From Zygnema circumcarinatum SAG 698-1b (taxonomy: Eukaryota > Plantae > Zygnematophyceae), in the NCBI GenBank assembly GCA_037447605.1, contig CM074804.1, positions 4,565,909 to 4,629,908 of the forward strand: a stretch of DNA of 64,000 bases. The letters run 5' to 3'. Made by a program: the position numbers and the translations under genes. Under the pieces are notes generated by a model. It ran no database searches. It was not told the DNA's origin and saw nothing but the letters and a program-made list of their open reading frames with translations. Below are positions 62,378 to 64,000 of this stretch, piece by piece. Numbering within the stretch: the stretch's first letter is position 1; each line of letters begins with the position of its first letter.

Positions 62378-64000
62378 TCAATTGCGTACTGTAAAAGGCG
62401 TTATCGGCGTCTGTGCCAAGGGCTTTGGTTTCCGCACGGAAGCTTGAAGGTTTTCAATGTTGGCCAAGCTCGAACGGAATTCTTCCAACAGTTTTTCTGC
62501 AGGCTTCGTGCGAAGTTCCTCGAAGGACGTTTCTCGAGGCACCAAAAGTGTTCGTCGTTTTGGGGGGCTTCCGTTGTCAACCTGCCAAGCGTCTCAGAAA
62601 AAGAATCTTTCATCGCTAGCCTCGTCACTTGCAACAAATGCAGTCTGTTCTGAGTGGCTCATTCGTGACTGGTCCTTGAACAGCGCCCTCGCGCGTAGGA
62701 ATGCGGCGGAGCATACCTGAAGCTCATGTAGGTATGTGTCGATCCTCGCCGATAGTTGCTTTGTATGGCCTCCATGATCAATCCAGAAAGTCTTTACGTT
62801 CGCACAGTTCTCATTAACTCCTTTTCTCGCCTCTTCAATCGCCATCACGTCAGCCTTTTGAGAGTCTGTTCAGACATTGTTGACGATTGTTAGAGCGTCA
62901 ACAACATGCACGTCTCAAACATGCAAACGAACCTCACTGGCAACATGGTAGAGATATGACAAAATCGCCGAGACGCGCAAACACTCGTGTAAAGACAGCA
63001 GATGCAAAGAGAAAGAACGAAGATCAGGACCACCAAGGTATCCCATTCGCGATTGCCTTTTGAAAACGAACGTTACCTGAAACAAGAGATGTAAGACTGG
63101 CCTGGCCTTCATCGTAATGAGCCACAATTGCCCTCTTTCTTGACGAGTTAGACTTCCGGAACTCTGCAGAGGCTGCAGCTTGTTCCCTGCCAGCACATCA
63201 TGACAACCACCCAGAAACTTGAGCTGCCCGCACATGAAGGAGCTCAACATTGGGTCAAAACCAATCATGGCAAAGCTGTTCGGCGCAGAAACATGCATGG
63301 ACTTTTTTAATCTTTACCCGTGAGTTTTCCTGAATTCTTCATCGTGCACGTTGATTGAATTCACAAGGACGCCCGCCGCGTCCTGCCACGTGTGCTGAAG
63401 CCGTTGCGCACCTGCAACGCTGGCACATCTCCAGCTCGCCGTACCCGTCAGCACGCAAATCTCGGCTCTTTAGCGAAAGCATGAATTGAAGTAGCTATCC
63501 ATTTAACAACAACTAAGCCCTTGCGGAGGATGCAGGTCTCACCTCTTATTTAAGAAATCCTTCAGCTTGGTGTGCTTTGCTGCAGTTGCTGCTTGGACAC
63601 TCTTTGCACATTCCAAGTTGGTTGAGTTGAACTCTGCCATCTGAGCCTTTCCTGAGGTCACAGTCGCCTGCGTGGTGTACACGTTGCTTTGCATGCTCTT
63701 TGCATTGATCTCAGCAGCTTCTATGAAAATGGTGCTTTGTTGAGCGACCTGCGAAGGTGTTAACTGATTTGTTACTAGATGCACAAGTGTTCAAACGAAC
63801 AGGCGAAGTTCTCAACAACAAGGAACAATCTTCGCAGCGGATCATTATTCGAGACATATGTCCGAACTTGATACAACAGAAATGGCAGGAACCGAGTGAG
63901 GAAGTTATGGGCATACCAATGCTTTCCTCTTCGCTGAGGCCTCAGTAGCAATCTGCATGTACCCCTGCATTTCGCGTTCATCTTCCTCCTGCACTTGCAA
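62378..64000 (-). CDS. 3' part of a kinesin-5 (BimC)-like gene, continuing beyond the window
   Basis: Last exon VDNGSPPKRRTLLVPRETSFEELRTKPAEKLLEEFRS...TPFTVRN* resembles the plant kinesin-5 tail (S/TP-K-R, SIEELRTP..EELL). Upstream exons encode helical stalk-like sequence. The motor domain is not in the window. Confidence 0.6.

Overview
Eukaryotic nuclear DNA from a non-seed streptophyte, most likely a charophyte alga. This is an inference from the plant-type gene set (DOG1-family gene, R2R3-MYB, cytosolic glucan phosphorylase, MSBP), short GT-AG introns and divergent plant-like proteins. The window is gene-dense. It holds spliced genes for an ATG18/BCAS3 WD40 protein, an R2R3-MYB, nicastrin, a DOG1-like protein, a PHS2-type phosphorylase, NAF1, an unidentified membrane-anchored protein, an SKL-terminated epoxide hydrolase, SF3B5, HPPK-DHPS, MSBP and the 3' end of a kinesin-5-like gene. 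It also has a tRNA-Leu(AAG) and a decayed farnesyl diphosphate synthase pseudogene. Exon boundaries were read by eye. The most striking non-genic system is a CRE-like (restriction-like endonuclease) non-LTR retroelement. One 5'-truncated copy (39270-40170) has an 8-bp TSD, and three shorter relatives share an invariant 3' stem-loop, GATGGC-NNN-GCCATC. Three of the four copies lie in or beside a palindromic CAACCATTG/CAATGGTTG repeat family that also received a MITE. Other highlights: a perfect-TIR Tc1/mariner-type MITE; an Arg-rich presequence-like uORF in frame with HPPK-DHPS but cut by one TGA; a DOG1 intron split into purine and pyrimidine halves; and G-box/ABRE and RY clusters. No CRISPR array or rRNA was seen.
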